DNA from: Candidatus Bathyarchaeota archaeon
GTDB lineage: Archaea > Thermoproteota > Bathyarchaeia > Bathyarchaeales > Bathycorpusculaceae
Length of the DNA: 61,071 nucleotides
NCBI GenBank assembly: GCA_963739305.1
Contig: CAVTZU010000004.1
Coordinates: 1-61,071 of the forward strand
Reading direction: 5' to 3'
This document shows, one piece after another, positions 22,857 to 32,588 of the stretch. Numbering within the stretch: position 1 is the first letter of the stretch; the number at the start of each line of letters is the position of its first letter. Under the pieces are notes generated by a model. It had not been told where the DNA came from. It saw only the letters and a program-made list of their open reading frames with translations, and made no database searches. The position numbers and the translations under genes are program-made.

Positions 22857-24653
22857 TCATGCTCCCCAGAAGGGCACTTTCTTCCTCATCAGATCCACAT
22901 ATTCCTTTAGTGTTTCTTGCTCTTCTGGCGTTAGTTTTTCAACGAGCTTCGTCTGCAGTAACTTGACGTGTTTCTCTGGCACTTTCACGTAGAGCACGTC
23001 CTTCTCGAATATGTGCCTCCCAACCGTCGGTTTCTCCAAGGATATGGCGATCTGCATGCCCTTGCTTGCGCTTGAAACTGCTTCTCCTTTATCCTGTATC
23101 TGCTGGATGTCTCCGATTTCTTCGCCGTCTTCAGCTCTGATGAGTCCACACTTCGGTTTGATGCTGCCCGCCAGAATTTCAACTCCAAAAATGGCGGGTT
23201 TGGCTCTTCTGAAAACGTAGCCTTGCATTATCTGCAGTTTGGCGGGTTTGACCAAGCTTTCAAAGTCTTCTTCAATTCCCGCTTCGCGTTTGCCTTTGAA
23301 CCACGCTAGGTAATTGTCTATAACATGATAGATTATGTTGTCTCGGAAGATCGTAACGCCTCGGTTTGCCGCTTCTTCCTCCGCATCGGGTAGAGTTCTC
23401 ACGTTAAAACCCAATATGGCCGCATATAGTGGCTCATGCTCCTTGACAGCACAGGCTTCGACCACGTCCCTCTTCGAGATGTCTCCAACGTCTGCCAGCC
23501 GTATGGGCACGTTGTTCTGCTTGAGAATCTCCGCGATAGCTTCAAGAGATCCCAGTGCATCGGTCTTCACAATGACGCCGTCGACGTTTGTCTTTATCCT
23601 GATTCTACCGATCTCCTCTGTAATGAGGTCGGCGTATTTCTGTGGCTCCGCATTTTTCGGAACAGCATACAGAGTTGCCCCGGCCAAGACGCCTTCCAAG
23701 TCTGGCGCTACGATCTTGACTCCAGCCGCAGCTGAAACAGAATCCACCGAAGAGAACTTGTCTCTAGGATCCCTTATCTCGTCTAGGGGCTTGGGCACCA
23801 AAATGGCTCTTGTCCGCGTCACAATCGGCTTTTCCCTCCCGCCTACAACGATAACGTCATCTTTCGAGAGGATGCCATCATAGATTATCGTGTTAAGCGT
23901 CAGCCCCAGACCGGGTTCTTCCTTCACTTCCAAAACCGTGCCCTTCGCTGGGCCTTCACTGGTCTGTAAACGTCTCTTCAAATAATGTTGCGTGAGTCCT
24001 ATCAGGACCATTATGAGTTCAGCGATCCCTTCACCCGTCTTGGCGCTCGTGGGCACAATGGCGATCGTTGAACCAAACTCTTTCACATGATCGAAACGAT
24101 CCGTCTTGAACCCTTGCTTGGAAAACGTGCCTATTATATCGTATATCCTATTGTCCAGATCCTCCCTGACGTAAGGGTCTTGCTTTGGATACGACTTCAA
24201 GAATGGTGTGTCTGGAAACGAATTCCATCCAGGCACGCGGTCAATCATGTTTGCCGCAACTAGAAACGGAGTCTTTCGTGTCTTCAAGATCTCTATGCAC
24301 TCATTGGTCTGGGCTTCGAAGCCTCTGAGAACGTTGATAACGAGTATGGCTATGTCGGCGACGCTGCCCCCTCTTCTCCTGAGGTTCGTGAAAACTTCAT
24401 GCCCGGGAGTGTCAACGATAAGCAGGCCAGGTATTTCTATTTCTCCCTTGATTCTTGACAACATTGGACCGACAAGCTGACTCAGGGTTTCAACTGGAAA
24501 GAAGCTGGCACCTATGTGCTGTGTGATACCTCCGACCTCTCTCGCCTGAACACTCGTCTTGCGAATCTTGTCCAGAAGAGAAGTCTTGCCGCTGTCAACA
24601 TGCCCGAGTACGCACACGATTGGTTGACGAGTCGGCAATATGTTTCCGTCCAT
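22857..24653 (-). CDS. infB: Translation initiation factor aIF5B (IF-2)
   Basis: GHVDSGKT, ITQHIGA, DTPGHE, archaeal length, FRRAKPAIFGV. Confidence 0.96.
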   Translation of the reverse strand: MDGNILPTRQPIVCVLGHVDSGKTSLLDKIRKTSVQAREVGGITQHIGASFFPVETLSQLVGPMLSRIKGEIEIPGLLIVDTPGHEVFTNLRRRGGSVADIAILVINVLRGFEAQTNECIEILKTRKTPFLVAANMIDRVPGWNSFPDTPFLKSYPKQDPYVREDLDNRIYDIIGTFSKQGFKTDRFDHVKEFGSTIAIVPTSAKTGEGIAELIMVLIGLTQHYLKRRLQTSEGPAKGTVLEVKEEPGLGLTLNTIIYDGILSKDDVIVVGGREKPIVTRTRAILVPKPLDEIRDPRDKFSSVDSVSAAAGVKIVAPDLEGVLAGATLYAVPKNAEPQKYADLITEEIGRIRIKTNVDGVIVKTDALGSLEAIAEILKQNNVPIRLADVGDISKRDVVEACAVKEHEPLYAAILGFNVRTLPDAEEEAANRGVTIFRDNIIYHVIDNYLAWFKGKREAGIEEDFESLVKPAKLQIMQGYVFRRAKPAIFGVEILAGSIKPKCGLIRAEDGEEIGDIQQIQDKGEAVSSASKGMQIAISLEKPTVGRHIFEKDVLYVKVPEKHVKLLQTKLVEKLTPEEQETLKEYVDLMRKKVPFWGA

Positions 24654-24732
24654 TAGCAGTTTCAGACAAGGCGACGCGATGAAAGTTAATAAACTATTGT
24701 CCTAATAAATCCTCAGTTCAAGGTGAAGAGGG

Positions 24733-25050
24733 TTGCCGTATTGTTCAAAGTGTGGGGTCAAACTAACGGAAGAAGACGTGTTCTGCACGAATTGCGGCGC
24801 AAGAGTTGCCAAGATCACTCGTGAAGAATACACTGTCACGGCGGCCAATCTGGTCGACCGAGTGAAGGAACTGCTTCACGAAGGCAACGTCACACGGGTT
24901 ATCATCAAAGATGTGAATGGGAAGACTCTTCTTGAGATCCCCGCGACGATCGGAGTTATCGGGGTCGTGCTTGCACCATGGCTTGCCGCTCTGGGCGTCA
25001 TAGCTGCCTTGGTGACTAACTGCAGGATCGTCGTTGAAAGAAGGGAGTGA
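24733..25050 (+). CDS. Zinc-ribbon plus DUF4342-like protein
   Basis: YCSKCG..FCTNCG then VKELLHEGNVTRVIIKD..LLEIP. Confidence 0.8.
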   Translation: MPYCSKCGVKLTEEDVFCTNCGARVAKITREEYTVTAANLVDRVKELLHEGNVTRVIIKDVNGKTLLEIPATIGVIGVVLAPWLAALGVIAALVTNCRIVVERRE

Positions 25051-25053
25051 ACG

Positions 25054-25251
25054 CTATTCAACCTTAGCTATGAGCAAGAACGCTCCCAGAATGATGAGAA
25101 TGAGGCCTAGAAAAGCAAAAACCCCAGTGAACGTTCCCAAAACAGATGAACTCGTTAACGTATAGTACATTGAAACGATACCGATTAAGAGAATTATCAC
25201 GCCAAATAATTTCTCGGCTGCATTTTCGCCGAAGCTGCCTTCCTCGCTCAT
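25054..25251 (-). CDS. Small two-TM membrane protein
   Basis: 65-aa ORF with two TM helices. Confidence 0.7.
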   Translation of the reverse strand: MSEEGSFGENAAEKLFGVIILLIGIVSMYYTLTSSSVLGTFTGVFAFLGLILIILGAFLLIAKVE

Positions 25252-25350
25252 TTCTTTCCATTCCTTTGTGATGTGCTTTGCACTTAAGACTACACTCGCT
25301 TATTTTATGGTTTCGCTGAAAAAACAGGTAGACGGAAAGCGCCGTCAAAG

Positions 25351-26442
25351 TCACTTTGTTTCTTCGAGCTTCTGTGGCAGGTACTCGTCGACTATATACG
25401 TCAAACCATACCTACTGAACGCCTCTTGCTCCGCCTTACGCTTGATCTTCATGAACGTTTTTATTTCTCTTCGCCAGAGCGGGTCTTTATATCTCGGATC
25501 CTTTTGCAGTTCGTACAATCTCTTTATGTCAACATCATCCAGTGGGTCGGTTGGCAGCTTGTAATTGACGATGTCCGTGGCCCAGACCCCGCTCCACTTG
25601 GCGTCAGGAGTGTTCAGCTCTCTCAGGTGTGCCGCGTTCGCCGACCCTGAGATTATTACCATTGCAATGTGCATTCCCCATGGGTCGCCGTCTGTGAAGA
25701 CATAGACTGGAAGGTTCAACTCCTCATTCAGTCTTCTTATGAAGTGTCTGGTCGCTCTAGGCGCCTGTCCCGATGTCAGAACCAAGATGGAATTGTATTT
25801 TCTGTGCACATTTTCCTCAATGAACCTGGTGAACAAGCCGCCCTTCTCAATAGCTATTACCTTGTCCGCTGAAGTCTTCACAAACTCAGAAGACGTCAAG
25901 GCTGGACCAATAAGAACGCCGTCCGGGTGAGAGGTCAAATCTAACGTCTTTCCCTCATAGCCAGGGACTGTGTATTCTATGGTAAGGTCGCCGAAGACCG
26001 CCGAACGTTCTTCTGGAAAGATGTTAAAGTCTTCCCTAGAAAAGCCCAATATTGTTTCTAGGTCTGTTATAATGTTGTTTGATTCCTGTTGGTCCTTGAA
26101 CGTCATTTCATAAGCCTGCGCTGAGTAGTACACATCCCTCAGAGTCGATGTCTTACGCTGCGATGAAAGTTCATTGGAAAACAGCGCTGCCCAAACCAAC
26201 TGCGTGAATGGTTTCACGTGGCTTATGTTTCGTGCGCTCCGCTTCACCCTCCTGTCGCCCAAGATGAATTGGCGAAGCTTTTCATCATAAGTTATGTTGT
26301 CGGTTGAGCGGCTGGGCATATCAATCGCCGGAAAGGTTCCCCTCTCAAGCTGGTCATAGATCGTTCCCCCTAACGCGCCCAGGCTCGCCAGGACTTCCTT
26401 CTTTCTCTCGCTTATACTCGACTTACGTTTCTTCCGATCCAT
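25351..26442 (-). CDS. top6A: DNA topoisomerase VI subunit A
   Basis: STLRDVYY catalytic Tyr, AIEK, FTDGDPWG TOPRIM motif, KAEQEA. Confidence 0.96.
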   Translation of the reverse strand: MDRKKRKSSISERKKEVLASLGALGGTIYDQLERGTFPAIDMPSRSTDNITYDEKLRQFILGDRRVKRSARNISHVKPFTQLVWAALFSNELSSQRKTSTLRDVYYSAQAYEMTFKDQQESNNIITDLETILGFSREDFNIFPEERSAVFGDLTIEYTVPGYEGKTLDLTSHPDGVLIGPALTSSEFVKTSADKVIAIEKGGLFTRFIEENVHRKYNSILVLTSGQAPRATRHFIRRLNEELNLPVYVFTDGDPWGMHIAMVIISGSANAAHLRELNTPDAKWSGVWATDIVNYKLPTDPLDDVDIKRLYELQKDPRYKDPLWRREIKTFMKIKRKAEQEAFSRYGLTYIVDEYLPQKLEETK

Positions 26443-28132
26443 ACTTCCTCACGCTCGTCAACAATCTCTCTATGTCTGGCACCTTCTTCCTGCCTGCTAA
26501 CTGAGTAGAAAACTGCGCAATTTTTGGCAGATACTTGCTGAAAACCCCCAACCGCTTCCTCTCCCTGTCAACGTGCTCGCGCCTCGAAAGAAAGAGCTGA
26601 AGCTGCCGCGCAACCTCGCGCAGCCCATTGGCAATCTCTCTTCGGATCTCAGGCCTGTCAGCTATGAACTCTTTTCCAACAGTTTTGTAGGGCACTTTGG
26701 TGCTACAGATGTGCACAACGATTCCAACCGGCATTTCAGGCGTCACATGATACCGACGCCAATTCATCGCCTGTATCACCCTAAGCGAAACGTCATTCGC
26801 TTCATCATAAAGAAGCGGAATACGGTTAGCGAAACGATAAACCATGGCGTTTCCCCTCGTCGGAACTTCGCCGCCGTATGCGATGCCGGTTTCGATGATG
26901 AACGGATGTCCAGCGTAAGTTGCGGGTCTGCGTTGATGAACCGCCACGAACTCAGGTTTGATCTCCTTCAAAATTCCTGTTCTCAGTAAATCTTCGCCCA
27001 AAGGCGACAAGCAACTCGCGTCGGGCGGAAGAAAATCCTTGAACTTCTTCAGCATGTGCATAAGCCTGACAATCTCTTCGTGATCAAGCCTTTTGGGGTT
27101 CTTGGACGGGCTTAAGCTGCTGAACTCCAGAAACTTCTGCGCTGTGATGTCTCCAACTCTATGAAAATGATTTTTCAGGAAGTCTGACATGTTCTTATAT
27201 GGTGTTATCTGGATCAGCCGTTGGAGCAGCTCCACGTCAACTCCGTACGGATGAGGTTTCGTCTCTTTCGGCGGCACCGGCATTTCTTTGGTGACGCGTG
27301 TAAACTTGTAGAGCCTGCCTTTTGGATCGACAAAAGTGAGGTTTGCGTACGGGTTCACCATCGCCGTCTGCTTGAAGTAGTCCAGTATCTTTGGCATCGA
27401 TCTGAAATAGTCTCCCTCAAGCGTGAACTCAACGACGGTGCCGCGCCACATTTCCTTGTTGATTTGGACCTTCCTGTCCATTATGAGAGGACGGTTTCTC
27501 TGAATGTCAATCATCAGTCTGTACATGTAAGTTTTCGAAATGCCCGTGCTAGAAATTATTGTGGCCGGTTGGTGCGTCGTGATTTGTCCGTAAAGGATCG
27601 CCATTTTTCCGCCGAGACCGAAGGTTCCTCTCTGTTGTTTGAGCTTGTACTTGGACCCGAACAGTATTTGTCCGAACGCCGAGGGGATGTGTCTTGGAGG
27701 AACCCCAGTTCCGTTATCCTCAACGCGTAGCTTGTAAACTTCAGTCTCTTGGATGGCTTCTTTTTCATCGGGTCTTTGGGTGTCACTATCTTCTCCGTTG
27801 CGACCGCGTTCGCTCTCACCTTCGAGCTCGTTTGAGAGAGCGCTGAAGCCTTTGCCGTTCTGGCTGGCTTCGCCCTCATAGGACAATCGGACGTAAATGT
27901 CTGGTGGTATTCTGTGGCTTTCCGCCGCGTCCAACGAGTTCTCAACGAGTTCTCTTATCGCGACAAAGATGGCTCTTGACGGGTTGGTGAAACCGGCGAT
28001 ATCTCGGTTGCGATAGAAGAAGTCCGCGGCAGAAATTTCCTCAAACGTCTGAGCCACTTGAGCTTTCCCAGCCTTCTCCATAATGAATTGGTTGATTGAT
28101 ACCCCTCGCTCGTTCTTTAACTTAACTACCAC
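26423..28132 (-). CDS. top6B: DNA topoisomerase VI subunit B
   Basis: RELVENSLDA, EDNGTG, RGTFGLG GHKL motifs, KPHPYGV, RFANRIPLLYD; true start probably 28081 or later. Confidence 0.96.
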   Translation of the reverse strand: MVVKLKNERGVSINQFIMEKAGKAQVAQTFEEISAADFFYRNRDIAGFTNPSRAIFVAIRELVENSLDAAESHRIPPDIYVRLSYEGEASQNGKGFSALSNELEGESERGRNGEDSDTQRPDEKEAIQETEVYKLRVEDNGTGVPPRHIPSAFGQILFGSKYKLKQQRGTFGLGGKMAILYGQITTHQPATIISSTGISKTYMYRLMIDIQRNRPLIMDRKVQINKEMWRGTVVEFTLEGDYFRSMPKILDYFKQTAMVNPYANLTFVDPKGRLYKFTRVTKEMPVPPKETKPHPYGVDVELLQRLIQITPYKNMSDFLKNHFHRVGDITAQKFLEFSSLSPSKNPKRLDHEEIVRLMHMLKKFKDFLPPDASCLSPLGEDLLRTGILKEIKPEFVAVHQRRPATYAGHPFIIETGIAYGGEVPTRGNAMVYRFANRIPLLYDEANDVSLRVIQAMNWRRYHVTPEMPVGIVVHICSTKVPYKTVGKEFIADRPEIRREIANGLREVARQLQLFLSRREHVDRERKRLGVFSKYLPKIAQFSTQLAGRKKVPDIERLLTSVRKYGSEET

Positions 28133-28167
28133 AAATCTATCATTTTTGTGTACAAGTGACGCGACTG

Positions 28168-29958
28168 TTACTGCTTTCTGCGAAGACGCGTGTAATAGTA
28201 TTCCCCGATTTCCTTCTGGAACTTGTCAAGCTTTGAGCCTTCTTTGTTCACCCTGGGCCTCTTCGTAGCAGGGTCTCTTCTGAAAGTCACTTCCATGTCT
28301 TTAAGGAAAGTGTTCATTCCTTTCCTCAAGGTTGTCGGTGGCTTGGCGATGCCCTCCACACCTGGTTTACCCATGAAGATCATGAGGTGATCTGCGATGA
28401 AGTCCTGTGTCACCACGTCGTGCTCCACGACGAAGCCTGTGACGTTGCGATTCTCAACAACCCTTCGAATGGCTTTGGCCATGATAAGCCTTTCTTCAAC
28501 GTCCAAGTAGGCGCTTGGCTCGTCGAGCAAGTAGAGTTCAGCTTCACGAGACAGACAAGCTGCAATCGCAATCTTCTGAAGCTCTCCTCCGCTGAGTTCA
28601 GCTATGTTCCTGTCCAGAAGAAGGTTGATTCTCAACGGTTGAAGAATCTCCGTTCTATACCAGCCTGAAGAGAAATTCTCCTTGGCGACGCTGATAAGCA
28701 GTTCTTGAACGGTGCCTTGGTACTCAGCAGAAATGTACTGCGGTTTGTAACTGACCTTCAGCTTATCAAACTTCTCTCCGCCATCTGCCTCTTCGATTCC
28801 TGCAAGTATTTTCACAAAAGTCGTTTTGCCTGTTCCGTTGGCGCCTAATATGCCCACTATTTCTCCACGTTTTATTTCGCCTGGTTGAGCCACGAGCTTG
28901 AAACCCTGATAGGTTTTCTCTATCTTGGGCCACGCAAGAAGAATTTCGCCTGCTTCTGCCGCTTGTGCAGGAGGCTTTTCATGGAAGATTATTGCTTCCT
29001 TCCTGAAACGAACGTTTTCGTCTGAAATGTAGCCTTCAAGATAAATGTTGATGCCAGTTCGGACCCCGTGAACGTTGGAGACTACCCCGTAGACGCTTGG
29101 TTCCCCGTAGAAGATGCAGATTTGGTCTGAAAGGTAGTCGATTATTGCTAGGTCGTGTTCGGCAATAATAATCGTCTTCTGTTCAGGCTTCAGGCTTCTG
29201 ATTGTCTTGGCTACTATTAGTCTCTGTTTAACATCCAAGTAGCTTGACGGCTCGTCGAAAAGATAAACATCCGCCTCTCGACAAATCGTTGCTGCAACTG
29301 CCAATCGCTGAAGTTCTCCGCCGCTTAGAACATTCAACGGACGATCCCAGACCTGTTTCAGATCCAACTGTTCGGCAACTTTGTCGAGTACGCTTCTTTC
29401 ATCCACTTTCTCCAAGAGGTCACCTACTTTCCCCGACACAGCTCTTGGGATTTTGTCCACGTACTGAGGCTTGTGGGAAACCTTCAGCTTACTCTCGCTC
29501 ATCTTCAAAAAGTAATCTTGGAGAGTGGATCCCCTGTAATGCTGAATGATTTCGCTCCATGGCGGCGGATTTTCGTAGTTCCCAAGATTAAGCCTGTACT
29601 CGCCTGAGAGTATTTTGAGTGTGGTCGTTTTTCCAATGCCATTTTGCCCTAGAAGTCCAAGAACCAATCCAGGCGAAGGAGTTGGAAGTCTGTACAGCTT
29701 GAAGCTGTTCTCTCCGAAACGGTGACTGCAGTCCTTCTCCAATTCGTCAGGAAGGTTGACGATCGAGAGGGCGTTGAACGGGCATTTCTTGACACATATG
29801 CCACAGCCCGTGCACAAAGACTCAACGATGACAGCCTTTTCGCCTTCAAACCTTATTGCCTCAACCTTGGTGCGTACGATGGGACAAAAACGATAGCACA
29901 TCCTGTTGCACCGTTTTGGCTTGCACTTGTCTACGTCCAACACCGCGATCCGCGTCAT
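28168..29958 (-). CDS. Ribosome recycling ATPase ABCE1 (RLI)
   Basis: N-terminal Fe-S Cys motifs, two ABC domains (GQNGIGKT, GANGTGKT, LSGGELQ), TFRRD..RPRVNK. Confidence 0.96.
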   Translation of the reverse strand: MTRIAVLDVDKCKPKRCNRMCYRFCPIVRTKVEAIRFEGEKAVIVESLCTGCGICVKKCPFNALSIVNLPDELEKDCSHRFGENSFKLYRLPTPSPGLVLGLLGQNGIGKTTTLKILSGEYRLNLGNYENPPPWSEIIQHYRGSTLQDYFLKMSESKLKVSHKPQYVDKIPRAVSGKVGDLLEKVDERSVLDKVAEQLDLKQVWDRPLNVLSGGELQRLAVAATICREADVYLFDEPSSYLDVKQRLIVAKTIRSLKPEQKTIIIAEHDLAIIDYLSDQICIFYGEPSVYGVVSNVHGVRTGINIYLEGYISDENVRFRKEAIIFHEKPPAQAAEAGEILLAWPKIEKTYQGFKLVAQPGEIKRGEIVGILGANGTGKTTFVKILAGIEEADGGEKFDKLKVSYKPQYISAEYQGTVQELLISVAKENFSSGWYRTEILQPLRINLLLDRNIAELSGGELQKIAIAACLSREAELYLLDEPSAYLDVEERLIMAKAIRRVVENRNVTGFVVEHDVVTQDFIADHLMIFMGKPGVEGIAKPPTTLRKGMNTFLKDMEVTFRRDPATKRPRVNKEGSKLDKFQKEIGEYYYTRLRRKQ

Positions 29959-30078
29959 TTCTTACCCGACAATGAAACGCTCCCTGCTAGTAGTTTATAA
30001 ATATGAACCTTCGGGAAAAAAGAAAATCTATCCAAACAAATGTTCAAGAAAAAGCGTGAGCGTTCGTGAGAAATAGTC

Positions 30079-30156
30079 CTACCATTCTTCTTCTTCAAAG
30101 TCTTCTTCTTCGTCTTCCCATTCTTCCTCTTCTTCCCAATCTTCCTCAAACCTCAT
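30079..30156 (-). CDS. 25-aa hyperacidic micro-protein MRFEEDWEEEEEWEDEEEDFEEEEW
   Basis: Manual translation; GGAGGTGA Shine-Dalgarno at 30163-30170, ATG at 30156, TAG at 30079-30081; T-rich tract downstream. Confidence 0.65.
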   Translation of the reverse strand: MRFEEDWEEEEEWEDEEEDFEEEEW

Positions 30157-30274
30157 TCTTTTTCACCTCCACTCCAAATGAATAGGTAGACTCAAAGCGA
30201 CTCTGAAATCTTTAAGCGTTATCATTCGTCACTTGTCGAGAACCTAACCATAACTAATGTCTATGTGCGTCTCA

Positions 30275-31243
30275 TCAGAGACTTTCTTTCACAATTTTCC
30301 CCGAAAGCGAAATGAAGGGTTCCTTCATGTCTGGTGTAACGTAAGCCCAACACATGTTTGGCGAGTTGTGTGCGACCCCAACCCTTCCATGCATGTCAAC
30401 TGCAGCCAAACCCATATGATTGTAACCGAATGGTATCCGCCTATTCACAAGCTTTATTGATGATTCAACAGCTTCTTGAGCAGTTTTCCCATCTCCCATG
30501 AAGTTGCAAGCAGTCTTGGACAAGACAAGTCGCATCGCTATTTCTCCGACCCCTGTGGCGGAGCAGGCTCCTGCCTCATTATCAGCATACGTGCCAGATC
30601 CTATTATCGGAGAATCTCCAATCCTGCCCGGCAACTTTAGCGGAAAGCCTCCTGTGGAGGTTGCTGCCGCCACGTTTCCATCTTTGTCAAGGGCAACAGC
30701 GCCCACAGTTTCGAGTTTGAACATGTTAGGATTCTTCTTCGCCAATTCACTGAGTTTTGGCAGCTCGGTTTTCCCTTCAAGGAAGGCTTTCTTCTGTTCT
30801 CGATAATATTTCAACCTCAGGTCGGTGAAAGGATCCTTGCGGGGAAGATTATGTATATTCGCAAGTCTCTCTGCGCCTTCCCCAACCACAAAGACATGGT
30901 CGGTGTCTTCCATAACGATTCTCGCCAGCCGCACTGGGTTCTTAATGTCGCGCAATAGCCCGGTCGCACCCGCTCGAAGCGTCTTGCCATCCATGATGGA
31001 TGCCTCCATCTCAATTTGTCCGTCAATGTTCAGGCTTGATCCGTATCCCGCATTGAAAACTCCATCGTCTTCCATTGAAGCTACGGCTTCCGTCACAGCG
31101 TCAAAGGCTGATCCTCCTTTTTTCAGAACGTCAAATCCCGTCTCAACTGATCTTCCGACACCCAATAGACCTGGTTTGCTTCGCTCTGGTTGCCATGTGC
31201 CTGCACCGCCTTGAACTAACATGACAGGCTTTCGATCTTTCAT
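30275..31243 (-). CDS. Isoaspartyl peptidase/L-asparaginase (Ntn hydrolase)
   Basis: VQGGAG, FNAGYGS, ETVGAVA nucleophile Thr, ATSTGG, GRIGDSP, TGVGE. Confidence 0.93.
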   Translation of the reverse strand: MKDRKPVMLVQGGAGTWQPERSKPGLLGVGRSVETGFDVLKKGGSAFDAVTEAVASMEDDGVFNAGYGSSLNIDGQIEMEASIMDGKTLRAGATGLLRDIKNPVRLARIVMEDTDHVFVVGEGAERLANIHNLPRKDPFTDLRLKYYREQKKAFLEGKTELPKLSELAKKNPNMFKLETVGAVALDKDGNVAAATSTGGFPLKLPGRIGDSPIIGSGTYADNEAGACSATGVGEIAMRLVLSKTACNFMGDGKTAQEAVESSIKLVNRRIPFGYNHMGLAAVDMHGRVGVAHNSPNMCWAYVTPDMKEPFISLSGKIVKESL

Positions 31244-31354
31244 CAACTGTGATCTCCTTTTTAGGTTGGATAAGTTGACCACAGACGATCAGAATTTAAA
31301 TCTAATGCTCCGTTCGTCAAAACGGATAAATCTCTGTTGTCAGATGATGTTGTT

Positions 31355-31417
31355 GGGATGATGTGAGGCGACGGCTAAGAGCCTCTGGCGATGAAAAAGC
31401 CATATTCCACACTGACC
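31355..31417 (+). ncRNA. Candidate box C/D guide sRNA
   Basis: C ATGATGT (31358-31364), D' AAGA (31377-31380), C' GCGATGA (31388-31394), D CTGA (31412-31415), GG/CC ends; first guide GGCGACGGCT is complementary to the conserved 16S segment GGCCGUCGCC; GATAAA about 25 nt upstream. Confidence 0.55.
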
Positions 31418-31486
31418 GCAAAATCTGCCTCTTCCATAAGTCCTGTTTGAAACAGTTAAATCATTCCACCGCAACTTGAGAATCAG

Positions 31487-32020
31487 GTGCGGCAAGTGAT
31501 CAGAGACTTCAATCTTCTTGCTACAACTTATAGAAGAGCCGAAGGCCACGCCCGTTCAGAACTTCGTTACGTTCTCGAACAGATAGGTGACGCCACACCC
31601 GTCGTGGATCGAACGGGCATTTCAGGCGTGATCGTTGCCAAGACAACTCTTGACCCTTTTGAATCGATAAGAAAATCTCGGGAAATCCTGAAGGAGCGAC
31701 CCTACGAGTTTCGCTACTTGCTAAGACTCATTCCCGTAGAAAAAGTCGTTCAAACAAACTTGGAACAAATTGAAACAGCAATCAAAGAACTGAGTCCAAA
31801 AATAGCCGAGGAAGAGACGTTTCGAATCACCGTCGAGAAACGCTTCACAACGATGTCTTCCAAAGAACTGATTGAAGCTGCCGCCCTGCATGTCAAAAGA
31901 AAGGTGAACCTGTCCAAACCTGACAAGATAATTCTAATCGAAGTGCTAGGCGGGCTCACCGGAGTGTCCATAACAAAACCAGATGAGACTCTATCAATCT
32001 TGAAAGAAAGAATCCTCTGA
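31487..32020 (+). CDS. THUMP-domain RNA-binding protein
   Basis: FNLLATT, LRLIPVE, TFRITVEKR, KVNLSKPDKIILIEVLG. Confidence 0.9.
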   Translation: MRQVIRDFNLLATTYRRAEGHARSELRYVLEQIGDATPVVDRTGISGVIVAKTTLDPFESIRKSREILKERPYEFRYLLRLIPVEKVVQTNLEQIETAIKELSPKIAEEETFRITVEKRFTTMSSKELIEAAALHVKRKVNLSKPDKIILIEVLGGLTGVSITKPDETLSILKERIL

Positions 32021-32021
32021 C

Positions 32022-32588
32022 CTACCGTCTAGACGATACCAGAGCGATTCTCTCGATAACAAGGTCAACTAGAGCCCTATTTGCGTCGCCTCCCTTCATG
32101 ACGGACATAAGCTCTGCCTCACTTATGCTGAACAGCTTCTTGATCAACTCGCTTTTCGACTTAGTCAATCCGAGAACTTCATCGTCAGCTTGTACTTTCA
32201 GCGTCTTCGAGATCAATGAGAACGTTGACTCTATTTTCTTCGTGTCCTTTCCAAGGATCAAAACTGCAACATCCGAAGTGGTCGGTCTTATTCCCATCTT
32301 CTCTGTGGCTTTGATTATCTGTCGTTCAGCCGCCGCATAAAGCAGCGTTTCCATCGCCAGAGTCTTCGAAATGTTTGTTTTATCGCTGAAAGACGTTAAC
32401 GCGTTCAGCGCAGCGAAATAGAGATGCTGCCAAGTCGCAACGGTCCTAGAGTCGAAGAATTGTACTTCAACGCCCGTCGATTTTCCTTTCATGATTGATT
32501 GCAGGAATTCCCTAAAATCGCTTATTCTTGCGCCTCTGAAACCAGTCATTTCGATGAGACTTCCAAATTCCTCGATGCGCTTTAGCGT
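32022..32588 (-). CDS. cgi121: KEOPS complex subunit Cgi121
   Basis: QFFDS..HLYFAALNA..KTLAMETLLYAAAERQIIKA..MG, C-terminal VIERIAL; probable start near 32588 (ACG after GGAGG). Confidence 0.85.
   Translation of the reverse strand, partial: TLKRIEEFGSLIEMTGFRGARISDFREFLQSIMKGKSTGVEVQFFDSRTVATWQHLYFAALNALTSFSDKTNISKTLAMETLLYAAAERQIIKATEKMGIRPTTSDVAVLILGKDTKKIESTFSLISKTLKVQADDEVLGLTKSKSELIKKLFSISEAELMSVMKGGDANRALVDLVIERIALVSSRR

Noticed and set aside
27745-27880. Possible intein in top6B (also considered for infB, polB and topA)
   Set aside because: The insert is too short and lacks the Cys/Ser start and His-Asn end; the other genes have normal lengths.
29955-30149. 64-aa Lys-rich ORF in the track
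   Set aside because: Alternative frame of the GAA-rich tract; the acidic frame has the ATG and the well-spaced Shine-Dalgarno.
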